Below are positions 40,801 to 60,773 of a stretch of DNA of 64,000 nt, in pieces. The position numbers and the translations under genes were made by a program. Numbering within the stretch: the stretch's first letter is position 1; each line of letters opens with the position of its first letter. The notes below the pieces were generated by a model that was not told the DNA's origin, made no database searches, and saw nothing but the letters and a program-made list of their open reading frames with translations. Source of the stretch: Laetmonice hystrix (taxonomy: Eukaryota); NCBI GenBank assembly GCA_965235115.1, contig OZ249441.1, positions 25,854,001-25,918,000 of the forward strand. Reading direction: 5' to 3'.

Positions 40801-42625
40801 CACCACGGGGTGGCAGGGACAAGGATCCCTGTCAGGATCGGGTCGCCCATCCTGGGCACTTCGGCACACGGGACGTCGAACGGCACGGCGACACCGCCAA
40901 CTTCACGGCTGTACCGGGGGGCGTCGTCAAGCAGCATCAACTCGGTGGGGACAAACAATGGGGCGAGCACGCCCGGAACTCCAGGCACTCCCCGGCGGAG
41001 GAGGAGACGGCCCAGCTCGGCCGGGTCGGTGTGCAGCGACACGCCGGGCGGGAACACGTCACGAAGACAATCACTGTCCATGCGGTCCGACAAATCGGAC
41101 GAACTCGATAAGGAGGTAGGCACAATGTATCTTCTTCAGGGGGAGGGAGACGGGTGTCGGCAGGTGCTAGTCAAAGTTTTTGTTGTTGTTTTTTGTTGTT
41201 GTTGTTTTTTGTTGTTGTTTTTTGTCCTTCTTTCTTGTGGGGAGGGAGAGAGGGCAAAACAGTCGGTAAATGAGTAATTGCGCTATCATGTTATGGGGCA
41301 ACGATTATCGAATATGGGTCATACAGTGGCGGATTTAGGGGGGGACACAGGTGGCCCCCCGCCCCGAAATTCTTCAAAAGCAGGGTTCTGGTCCCCCCAT
41401 ACTGAGTGACCCTTGTCCATGTCAGGTAGCTATGGATCCATCCATTCACCCATAGATCTACACCTGTGCCCGCCCCCCTCCGAAAAAAAAATCCTGGATC
41501 CGGCCCTGTCAGTGACTCACCACAAAATTATATACGATAAGATTGAAGAGTTCCCATGCTTTAGCCTACTGCAAGAGGTGTCCCCCTGTCCTGACTGCCT
41601 CAGAGGCATTATTGCTCAACTTTGAAGAATTTGTAGCATCACAGTCATGTCATCAAGGGATTGCTGATACATATTTCGTATTTATAGGATGGCGCGCCAC
41701 CTTGCAAGGTTGGATCAGTTTGCTAAGTTTTTACCGAAAAAAAGAGAAAGTTTTCATGAGAATCAAAATTTGGCTGTTGAAAGTTTTGCATTTCGTTTGT
41801 TGATCGTTTTTGTTGCTGCTACACTCACCTAAAGAATAAACCTTTCTTGGGTTGTTTGATTTTTGATACCAATGGTATCCTAAGTATCAGTTAACTTAGT
41901 TAGTACCATAACTTTAAGAGTACCTTGTCTATAGTTATCGTTTTCACAAATAATGGCACGAGTCAATTTATCAAAGTGACGCAAGGCCTAAAAATAAGGA
42001 TATTAATGGCAAATATTGCACTCAAGTCTGAGAAATGTTATTCTGTGATCACACATGATTTATCTTTTGCTTTGTCAGGTTCAGCGTATTTCAGGAAAAT
42101 GCCAGTGTCCTCAGTGCTACAGGATCGACAGATTGTCTGAGGGCAAATACAAGATTGGCGAGAAGACTGTTTTTGTACGAGTGAGTAAGATTGTTATCAC
42201 ATAAAAAAAGGACAATTTCTCTTAATAACATTATATAGTTGGCATCCTCCTAAGATATTCAAAACGTAAAATGAGTTATTCGAAAGCCTTTAACTTTCGT
42301 TTTGCAGCTGTTTGCGTGCTTTGAGGTCTTGGGTGTCATATCTCCAAGAAAGTTATAAATTCCCCAAGTCAGGTCGGGAGGTAGACCCCGCTCGCCTCCC
42401 CCGCCTTTAAATGTCAATCATTGTGGTATGTTGTAGTTACTGAAGGGTAAGCATGTCATGGTCCGTGTGGGGGGTGGCTGGGATACCCTGGATCATTACC
42501 TGGCCACCCATGACCCCTGTCGTATCATGGAGGTCAGACGGGCTCCGAGTAACGGAAACCTCACTGCTGAAGACGACAAGTTCCTCTTTATCCAGGGAAA
42601 GTACAAGGTGAACGGCAGTCACTAG
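37663..42625 (+). CDS. GAS2: GAS2-family protein (CH domain + Ser/Thr-rich linker + GAR domain), spliced gene: join(37663..37843,39015..39136,39361..39502,39824..41115,42079..42180,42437..42625) = 2028 nt, 675 aa; N-terminus probably extends upstream
   Basis: All five introns are GT-AG with consistent phases (1,0,1,0,0) and the exon sum is divisible by 3. CH-domain motifs [40 protein letters not shown] and GAR-domain motifs [42 protein letters not shown] match the GAS2/GAS2L family. Exact orthologue (GAS2 vs GAS2L) not resolved. Confidence 0.95.
38631..38788. mobile_element. Degenerate Harbinger-like MITE in a GAS2-like intron
   Basis: Left end ctg|ggccccgtttcataa; only ttatgaaa of the right TIR survives; internal palindrome taataacgcagctgcgttatta. 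Confidence 0.5.
39015..39136 (+). CDS. GAS2: GAS2-like exon, CH domain ([40 protein letters not shown])
   Basis: Acceptor ctctctgacag; donor GAA|gtaagt; 122 nt. Confidence 0.95.
39361..39502 (+). CDS. GAS2: GAS2-like exon, CH domain ([47 protein letters not shown])
   Basis: Acceptor catttatcag; donor G|gtaggc; 142 nt; classic GAS2 FARDN motif. Confidence 0.96.
39824..41115 (+). CDS. GAS2: GAS2-like large exon: end of CH domain and about 400 aa Ser/Thr/Gly-rich disordered linker
   Basis: Acceptor atatttcag; donor GAG|gtaggc; 1292 nt open; begins [38 protein letters not shown] and ends DKSDELDKE. Confidence 0.93.
41324..41508. mobile_element. MITE, CAG-ended family, in a GAS2-like intron
   Basis: Left cagtggcggattt, right ggatccggccctg; flanks TCATA / TCAGT (3/5). 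Confidence 0.7.
42079..42180 (+). CDS. GAS2: GAS2-like exon, first half of GAR domain ([34 protein letters not shown])
   Basis: Acceptor ttttgctttgtcag; donor CGA|gtgagt; 102 nt; carries the CxC zinc ligands. Not present in the ORF track. Confidence 0.95.
42437..42625 (+). CDS. GAS2: GAS2-like terminal coding exon, second half of GAR domain ([29 protein letters not shown]...VNGSH*)
   Basis: Acceptor atgttgtag; stop TAG at 42623-42625; [12 protein letters not shown] signature. Confidence 0.96.
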   Translation, partial: LLKGKHVMVRVGGGWDTLDHYLATHDPCRIMEVRRAPSNGNLTAEDDKFLFIQGKYKVNGSH

Positions 42626-45600
42626 TTACCTACTCCAAGCGGCAAGCAATGAGAGCCACAGTAGAGAATGGCTGACATTGCATGTGATTAGAATGTCGGT
42701 AAAATACTGCGCAAAGGTCACTGAACATCAGAAATGAAGCGATTGTTCTTATTATCCTAGTTTTAAGTTGTATTTTGTTATTTTGTTTGTTTAATTATCC
42801 GTCGAATATCTAGTTATAGTTGACATGTAAACATGACATGTAAATGCTTCTAGAGTAGACAAGGACGATCGTACTGCTATTGTAAAGTAGACCAATGAAT
42901 TATGTTAAATGTTTGTTTCCTTCCGACCAGACGTCCTGACAGTTGGACGTATGAAGGCGACACCTGGCGTACGTTTATAGGACAATGGCAAACTGTCGCT
43001 AACAGAGCCCCCTGGTGGAGATGGCGAGAAGCTGACGGAATTCTTCCCCCTCTCCTATCGATTTGAATGGACAGTATCCAAGGAAAGGTGCCACGACTTG
43101 ACAGATTTGGGGGATCCCATTTAAAAACCGCTGAACATACTGTAGTCGTGATTGGGGGAGTCTATTTTTAGAGTGTTACAACCTAGAATGAAAATCCCAA
43201 ACATTTTGTGACTATCTGTTGTTCACATTATAAATAATTGTGATTGGTTGTGTTGTGGAAAAACAAAAGTGATATAATTTATTGAACATGTAAAAAATGT
43301 TATTTATCTTGATTGTTTTGTAGGCTTGTAGCAACCTGTTGTAGAGCATTGAATGAGTGTATGTATACGTGAGATACATGAGTTATGCCAGATGTGTGAA
43401 ATGAATGGTTAAAAAAAAACACCTGGAGAAAAAAGTATGCAGTTTCTCGTTACGTTGCGTTTTTATAGGTCTTAAGAGTGCAACTTTAAATGAGTCAAAA
43501 TTGGAATATTTCCCAGCCAAAACCTTGTGACACATTTGATCTATTCTTATAAATATGGAAGCACAGTTCTTTTACTATAAGATATTCAGGATCGCTGGTA
43601 TACTTATTCAGTTTTAAAAGGTATGGGGATACTGATCTTTTTATATATTTTTTAAATGGCTAGAAAATATTGTTGTTATGTTGTTTACTGCTCACTTTGG
43701 CAGGCCTGCTCTATTTAGTACGATTGGGTTTGCTAGCATTGAGTCATTGTTGCTTGTAGATATGGAAAGATACGAGACATTTTGTATGAGACGCAGAGCA
43801 ATAATATAATAGGTCCATATCGTGACTTGTTATAGCCATTGGGTGACCTTGCTGAAGTTCCCTACAGTGACAGCCTAGCGCGATAATTGAGTTGGTTCAA
43901 AAAATGTTTGAGATATTTGACATAATTTCCAACCACTATCCATGGCTCCCAGTTTAAAAAGACACAGTCAACAAAGATCGCTTTTATTCTGAAATGATTG
44001 AAAACATTTCCTTGCCAGATATCGTAAGTTAATAGTTACTGAAAGAGTCTCTGGTTTCGTCCAGAGACTGAGACAGGTCTATGTGGGTGTCCCTCCATAC
44101 TAGAGATAACTTTAGTGAAAACTGTGATGTTTTTCTCAGAAAACCCAAGTGGCAACCTGTGTTGTGACGACAGTAAGGGGAGTCGGGACAGATTAAAAAC
44201 AACAAATACGCCTACCACCGGCCATTGCCAGATGTGCACTGATCGACCAAATCTTACATGTAGCCCCCATCCCCCCTTTAGGAAAAAATCCAGGATTCGT
44301 CCGTTGTTTGAAGTAGTGATTTGACTGCAGTCCATTTACCGGGAAGAAGATCTGTACTAGGTCTGGAGACAGTGAGACCTTATATAAAGGTCCTGCAGTA
44401 GGTCATGTGACTGATTGCAGAGGTAAGGCTTATGGAAGTATAGGGACAGTGTGACATATTGTAAGCACCGCTTGTTAAGGTTTAAATATATGATGTGTGA
44501 TACAGACTTAGCTTCTAATGTGTACAGGATCATTTGTAATAGTGGATTAATTAGTTTAAGTTCTCTGGAGTTCTTATAGTAGAACCTTAGACTAATATAG
44601 TATTATTAGGCCAAGGTAAACCTCGAGAGCTACTCATGTATTTTTACCAGTAAATTATTCTGATTTAGATTATTGTCTTGGTTGGAGGTTTTAACAAAAG
44701 ATCCAACTCTATTGTAACGTTGTGCTTTTACCCATACTTTCTCAACCATAAAGGTAGGGTTTTTAAACAAATATTTCCCTTTTTTGTGCGGACATCTTAA
44801 ATAAAGGGTCGTAAAAATATAGCACTTAGCAGTTATTGACGATGCAGGGAATTGAACCATGGATGTACTTACTGGGTAGACTCTAGTTTCATTATAAGTC
44901 AGGTCACACTTTAGGGAAAGGCGCAATTTCTTTAATTTTTACACTTACACTAAGAGACTTAAATATTCGAATGGCCACTGTCAGCTGGTATGCAATGCCA
45001 TAATTATACTGACGTTTTTTCTCATTTATCGCTGGTTGATTTGATTTATACTTTGTATATTTGCAGTGTTGCACTTTTACTACACCTACACCTGTTTGTA
45101 AATTTATTTTTTCCGTCGCTGTACATATTTCAAGGGAAGTCGAAAAGTGTGTGGTTACATTCCATTGTTGTCTTTTCTTTCTAAAACACTCTTCCCCACT
45201 TTACTACCAGGTTGATGGGCACTTGCTAAAATATTAAACCTAGAAAGAAATATCGCACATCTTACTTTTTCTATGGTTTAGGATCGTGCTTGTAGGCACA
45301 GCTTAGACTGTAGCTTACAGTAACGTTAAAGATAGGCGAAGGTGAATTACCGGCGACCAATCCATGCTGGGACCACCATTACAGATTTTAGTACCATTTG
45401 AAGTACCGGTAGGGTATAATGAGATCTCTGCATGAGAGGTTCTTCATCGCCTAGTTAGGTTTCTCGCCTGGTTTTGTTCAGCGTCGTTTTTACCCAGCTA
45501 TTAATAAAACTAAAATGTAATCTGTTTTAGATATTTGTTTAGAGGCAAAGTGAACGCTTTGCCTGTAATTTTTGTGTGGAAAAGAAAATTGGACATCCCA

Positions 45601-46723
45601 ATCTGATGATGGCCTAGTCAGAAATCTGCCCCAAAATTTAGAAGCTCAGTGAACTTCATCCTTCAGCAAACTAAAAATAGGTCCGAGTGAAAGACATCAT
45701 AAGATGACAACTGCTGGGTGAAAAGTATTATACGTACATACATGTACATACATGTAACATGGGCTGACCTAGATTACATACAGTGGGCACTAACTGGTGA
45801 TTTCCACCGCTCCAAGTGCTGCACGTAGTATTATTAGACTGCATGCAAATTTTAAGATATATGTTCTGGTATACAATTTGTGTAACAGACGTTGGGGGGC
45901 ATACTCGGTTGCATGTGCATACATGCCCCCAGCAAACATTTTGTCCAACTGCCTGGTCTCACAGGTTTTAATGTCTTGCTCGTAGCTGTCGTCCTGGTAC
46001 AAGAATACCAGGTTATTATATTGTGTTAGCACACTACTGTTATGTAAGAGACACTCCAATGCTCACTTGAAAGGTGAATAAAGTTGTAAAGATGGAAGAC
46101 TTCGTTATTGCTCGCCATATTGTAGTTGGGTTCGACGAAAACAGTTAAACACTGCACCATACATTAAAGAACCGCAAGCAACATTCGACAACAGAAAATT
46201 TAGGGGGATTTATTTAGGGGGATTTATAATTAGGGCCCCGTACCGTGCTGATCCTCGATGATAATACATGTATCAACATAACAAACATCAAACTTAATTT
46301 GATAGAGAACATTTTATTTGCCGACTGATACTCCTACACTTGATGCCACTCATGGTGGCCATTGATTGGCACATCTATTGAAGCATACACATGTATATCT
46401 GAGCCATGGGTTAATCCGCATGTATGGAGACACACTCAGTTGTCAGTCCGTCAAAATGAACCCACAGAACATAGTTTCACTTCATCAACATCCAGCTGAT
46501 AACACACATACACAGGCACAAAGTACACACAATCATATATATCAGAACACCATCACAATGATTGAAAGAGAAATTTTATGGAGACTCACTTACATTTTTT
46601 AAGGAGCTAAGATGAAGGCTCCAAGGACAAAAATTGACCTGCTGACATCACAATGTTGGAAATACGGGTACCCAATACAATGTAGTACCAAACATCGTTC
46701 AAAACTGCATGAATCACGCTAAC

Positions 46724-46832
46724 CAGTGGCAGATTAAGTGGGGAGGCCAGAGGCGCCCCCCCCCCTTTGCCCCCGAACCAATGTTTTTTTATTATTAGCC
46801 CCCACCTTTTGAAAATCCCGGATCCACCACTG
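46724..46832. mobile_element. Short MITE, CAG-ended family
   Basis: cagtggcagat ... atccaccactg; flanks CTAAC / CTACC (4/5). Confidence 0.7.
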
Positions 46833-49800
46833 CTACCCGACAGAGAACAGAAGGCTCTTCAAACTGGAGCTATATTTAGATTGATAAACGTCAATGTCCA
46901 TCTTTTTACTGAGAACAATAATTCTGAGTGAACGCATCTACTCTATCTGCAATACCAGGTAAACACGACATCACAAAATGTATTAGTAATAAAGACTTGA
47001 AGGTCCAAGGAAATATCATAGATAAAAATGATTGTTTAACAAAAATTATATTGTCAAATAACCAAAATGAGGTCATTAGGGTAACTACAGCTTGAGCCTC
47101 CGAACTTGTTATATAGGCCTAAGTGTGTCATAATTTTGTAGCTGGGGTTGTGGGGGTAGGAGGTTCGAATGTCACTTGTCATCTGCGGCTTTGCATGGAT
47201 GTTACATATATTATATATAGCATTGCCTCACCTCTTTGATATCACAGTCAAGTCTCCTCCAACCATAGTACTCCTCTCCACAATAAGGGCACTGGCCAAT
47301 CAGGGTAGGTAAGGATAGGCCATAACTCTGACATGACAAAGGTAGGGCGCCGAGGGGTCCAGGATAAGGGTGGGGCCAACAGGATACGTAGCTAACATAA
47401 AGGTCTGTGTTATTTACCTCACTTTAAGTTTAATCCAACAGTTATGGAAAAAATATCCATTTTCATCTGCCATGACTCAAATCATGATCATTCTGATTCT
47501 ACACCTGTCATACACACTTCACTTCCTTGCTGATGACGACACAAAACAAAAAGTCAGTAGAATGTATTCATATAACACCGCAGCATAGTCACGTCACGCC
47601 GTCCTTTGAAATAAAATGACCCGTTTTATACTCTAAAGGTCCCGTATCATACACAGCGAGGTAGACCCGCAGCGCCGCAGAAACCTCAATCTCGAAGTCA
47701 TCACGCCCAGCCTGTAGCTCGAGATGGTGGCGCCACCTTTCCAGACGCTTTATCACTACTTGCGCCATCTACCGAGAGAGCACAGTAGGTCGGTCTTGTT
47801 GTGCGTCGTCCATACTAGCAGTCCAACGACGTCAAAAGTGCGACTGTCCAAAACCAGTGCTTGTTGTCTGCGAAGTTTTAGTAGATGCAAAACTTATCCC
47901 TGGTTGGTTGAGACCATGCACTGGCTTCTGCAAGCGGTGGGGAGAAAGGGGTCCAGTAAGTATCCACACATTATACTGGGTACGGCAATCACCGGATGAC
48001 ATCATTGTGCATGTAAACATGGTATAAATGCTGTTATCCCACTTATGACGTTATGTAAAGTCTCCTCACACCTATCGAAAATCCCTCCTAAATTCATTTT
48101 GACGTTAAAACAGTAACAGAGAATAGAGATAACAACAGTCGCCACCATTCTAAAGTTTAATTTGTAGCTCGTTAATTCATTGGTCAACAGGAGTTGGTGA
48201 ATACATAAATGTATGTGAAAAAAAAGGAAGGTGCCAAGCATTTATCTCATTAAAATATCACTTCTCAACGAAATTACAACTTCACAATAATTACTTCAAA
48301 AATCTGATGCTTAGCACAAACGCGAAAGTTGCAGGCGAGAGAAAATGTTGGGACTATAGTACTCTATCAATGCCTGCATGGCTGGAATAGATAATTCACA
48401 GTCAGGGACCCAAATTGAATGTACTGCAGTTACAGTTTGGCCAGTGCGTCATTTTCATTCATCAAATGAAGATCTATTAAACAACTTGTAGAAAACTTGT
48501 AGGGGGGGGGGGGGGAAGAGTGGAAATCATTGATTTCCTAACAATATACATTGTACCTAGCAAGGAGTAAAACTTACTAGGACTTGGATTAATATGTGGA
48601 TGTCAAAGCTTAATACTATTTGATGGTGTGACCTGGGGTGTATATTGGTTAGTACGTATTGGTAGACTGTTTTCCAGAACAAAGACTTCCCGAGGGCGCA
48701 ACCAAGTAAGACCCCAGAATTAATTGACCATATCAACTCAGTTATCATTAAGTTAGTGCCACGTGAGTTAAGTTTTTCTGTGGATGTCTAAAATCGTTAT
48801 GCAATGCAACATGACAGCAACAGCTTAAAAACTTACCAGTAATTATAACCCTTTACTATGCCTACATTCCACCAATTCTAGTGGAAAAGTCGGCATGAAA
48901 TGTTGAGAATCACATGTGAATGTTCAACATTTCATCAGGATGGCCAAAGGGAGTTATGCCGATTCTCAAAACACAAATATACCAAAATAGTCAATTTAAA
49001 AAAAAATTATTTAATGTAATTGCGCACATCAAACCTAGAAAGGAATATTGGACGGTGGGAGGGGGGGGGGGGAGAGTTGGAGCATTACTCAAGGCAAAAT
49101 GTAAGATTTTGGCTGCTTATAAAATGGCCTACATTGGTTCCATGTCAGCGGGTCTCGACCTTTCGTGGATTCAACAGCTTTCAATGATTTCTCAAAGAAT
49201 CCAATAATACATTGAGAGGCAGAGTCAGGTTTGGCGGGTGGTGGGTGGGGTGGGGTAGCGGTTACAGGGGTCAGGTTGGTAGGGATCCAATCTGATGTCA
49301 CTCAAGGACTTCCCCATACAATGACAAGTCTCTGACACATGGCAGTCTCACAGACGGTAAACACAGCAGTAGGGTCACAGCAAACAGTCCAACCCTGCTG
49401 CGGCTTGCTTGCAGAAACCGCACATATCCACAATTAGAAATCATCAGTAATCAACTTGACCTTAGATGCCCTTACAGGTGATAGGTTCTAAACCAAGGCT
49501 ACCGATTATCATCCATTCTCTTTCCTCTTCAAAGCAGAAATGAGATGATGCCATAGAAGTGTTAAGACAATCATTAACATACCTGTACACGGAAACATAA
49601 TATCAATGGACTTATGGGGGGGGAATTCTCATTTCCAATCCCACAGCGATGGCTTAAGTGCAAAAAGATATATATCTGATTGGAGAAACACAAGGCAAAC
49701 TGACGACCGTGAGAATTTGGTTTACCTGCATAAATGGCATTGGTTTTCTAATCTGAAACAGGTTGGATCAGAAAGGCGTTCGCATGACATTCCCATCCTC

Positions 49801-50459
49801 AAAGTATAGAGCAAAACATATCCATATTCAACATAATCAACTGCAGTGGTGCTTTTCATTTCATATCAAAGATTCCAAAACAGAGGCCTAATTCAATATC
49901 GTTGTAATTTCTATGCACTTCAAACCATATGAATGCCTTAATAAAGGAACCCCTGAGTATAATATAACCACTGCAAAGTTTTGGGCTGAATTTCTGTGAA
50001 TTTCACATGTATAAATAAATTTGAATCTGCTGTATTAAGGGGATTATTTAGGATATCCTAGAAAGCAGCCAGTATGGGAGACGCGGCTCAGTGTTAGCCA
50101 TCGTTTTCTACTCTATAACACTGAAAAATATGGTAGAAACATCACAGTACTGCTTGGTGGCCCAGCGTCAAGTGCACACAGTCTTGGTTTGATGGAGACT
50201 ACTAGTAAAGAAATAGCATCACGAAGTGTTCACTGCTATCTAAAGTCCTCAGTTGAAAGTTTGTTATTAAAGCCACACTTATGTATGTAAATATTCCTAG
50301 GCTTTTATTAGCCTTTCTGAAGAAAACTGGTTTTTCACCGAGGTACACTGTGAATAAGTGTGGGCGATTTTTAATCTCAAGCCTCGTGTGCGGTAACATT
50401 TGAACCACCATTGAATAATGTGATCATGCGAAGGGGGCCGGCAGTTGTGACTGAGTTAC

Positions 50460-58846
<8,387 letters not shown>

Positions 58847-59000
58847 AATTAATGTAACTATGTCTTTCACATGGTACAATAAGAATCTGCATAACAAATC
58901 GCTTTCATTCAACTGATTATTAGACGTCTTCGTTCTCAGTCGGCCATCGCCGCTTAAGCCGGAAAGTAGTTCTAGCTATACATGTTACGACATATCCCCT
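58847..59000 (-). promoter_or_regulatory. Probable CDK8 5' UTR / core promoter region
   Basis: Lies immediately upstream of the CDK8 ATG and is CpG-containing. Has an ETS-like gccggaaagt at about 58968 and a YY1-like gcggcgatggccg on the - strand. TSS not determinable. Confidence 0.45.
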
Positions 59001-59714
59001 TTTTTTAAGGAATAGCTGGATGAACTATGGTAAACTTGCGCCTGAGTGCAATCATACATAAGATAGGTGATTCATCTTTTAGGAATTGATAACAATCCTT
59101 AAATAATATTTTACGACATACCCTTTGTGCCGACATTTTTGCTATTAGAACACGCTAGGTGGCGCAAATGTCTATTTCCCGCCATAAAATCGGCATGCCA
59201 TGTCTACTCGTATCGAAGCCGTCCGTCAACACCGTCGCCTATACAAACCCTGAGACCCGGATCTAGTGCGTGTTGGGGGTTGGGGGTCATCCCCCCCCCC
59301 CCCCTCCGAGAGATGAAGAAATGATTTTTTGGTGCTCTTTAATTAAGCCTCTGTTCAGCTGCCCTCGAGGCCGTCGACTCCCGTGCACGCGTCTGTCATA
59401 CTCATAGGGCCTCTATATAGGCCCACCCTAGGCCTACTAAGTCTAAGGTCCATAGGTAAGGCGGAAACCATTTTACACAGGTCATGGATCGTCCATAGTT
59501 CTAAAATAGGCCTACATGTCACGTGCGTTCTGGCGGCGATGGCCCCCCAGGGGCGGATCTAGGGTCTACATTCAGGGGGTCGGGGGGGGGGGGGTCCAGC
59601 ATAAAAAGGGCAAATCGGGGAGGGGGGTGGGTCCGTTGTAAAAACAAAAGGCATTTTGGTTAGCTATAAAAAATAAATTTATACCCCTAGATCTATGTGA
59701 TAGGCCTAGATCTA

Positions 59715-59756
59715 ATCAAAGACCGTCTAATCTATAGATTATAGACGGTCTTTGAT
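59715..59756. repeat. Near-perfect 42-bp palindrome
   Basis: atcaaagaccgtctaatctatagattatagacggtctttgat, with a single 1-nt bulge. Confidence 0.85.
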
Positions 59757-59979
59757 CTAATGCAGTTTGCGGATAGGCCTATGCTCATGCGATTCCTTGA
59801 TTAAAAACCTCTAGATCTAATCTGATATGTGAGACATTTTCAACAAGGCTGAATATCTGATAGCCTATAGGCCTTTAGAAGGTTAACAACACTCTTCCAT
59901 TCATGCCGGCAGAAAGGTATCAGCGTTCACCCATGCTTTGCCGGGGAAAATGCGTAGTGAGCTCCCGAGGAACCTAGAT

Positions 59980-60261
59980 CAGGGCCGGATCCTGCAGGAT
60001 TCTTATAAAGGGGGGGGGGGGCGTAGCCCCTGGAGAAGATTGCGAGCGCCGAAGGCGCAAAGCCCCAGGGGTGGTCTGGGGGATCTCCCCCAGAAAAATT
60101 TGAAAATTCATGTTTGTCAGATGCATTTTCCCGGCATCTGAGAAAAGAACTGTTCCTTTTTTCAGGGGGCAAAGTACTGGTAAAATTCCAGTCTCAAAAA
60201 TCATTACTCTGCCAAAAATAGGGGGCGTACGCCCCCCACGCCCCCCTTGGATCCGGCCCTG
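59980..60261. mobile_element. MITE, CAG-ended family
   Basis: Perfect 13-bp TIR cagggccggatcc / ggatccggccctg; flanks TAGAT / TAGAC. Confidence 0.85.
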
Positions 60262-60505
60262 TAGACTACACATTTATTATAATTATGTTTTGGAAAAAAA
60301 GTAGAATTTCATAAAATAGCGGATAGGCTATTTGCCGGCAGTTTAATCATTTCCCTAATGTGAACACGACCTAGGTGTGAACACGGCCTTACAGACTCAC
60401 ATTGATAACGACAGGTCTGCATGGGCGAGCGAGCCCCAGCCTGTTCCTTATCGCCGTGTCACCCTTTCACTAGCCTTACAATGCATCCATTACCATGGTT
60501 TATTT

Positions 60506-60773
60506 CAGTGGCGTATCCAGGGAGGTTTCCAAGTATCCCGGAACCCTCCCCCCTTGACTATATTAAGGACATTTTGGTAAAAAAAAGGGGGGGGTGTAAA
60601 ATGGATTATTTTAACCAATGGAAACCTGCATATTTCCACACAAGATGTCCCTAGATTGCATTATTTGATGTTTTATATAATTTCCCAGAGGGGCATGGCC
60701 TAATGGCCATCTCTGAAGTACCTAAACTTCGGAAACCCCCCTTAAAAATTTCTGTATAAGGCCTACGCCACTG
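60506..60773. mobile_element. MITE, CAG-ended family, 5-bp TSD TATTT
   Basis: Perfect 10-bp TIR cagtggcgta / tacgccactg; TATTT at 60501-60505 and 60774-60778. Confidence 0.85.

Noticed and set aside
40434-41123. 229-aa antisense ORF
   Set aside because: It is the shadow of the GC-rich GAS2-like exon on the opposite strand, with no domain signal.
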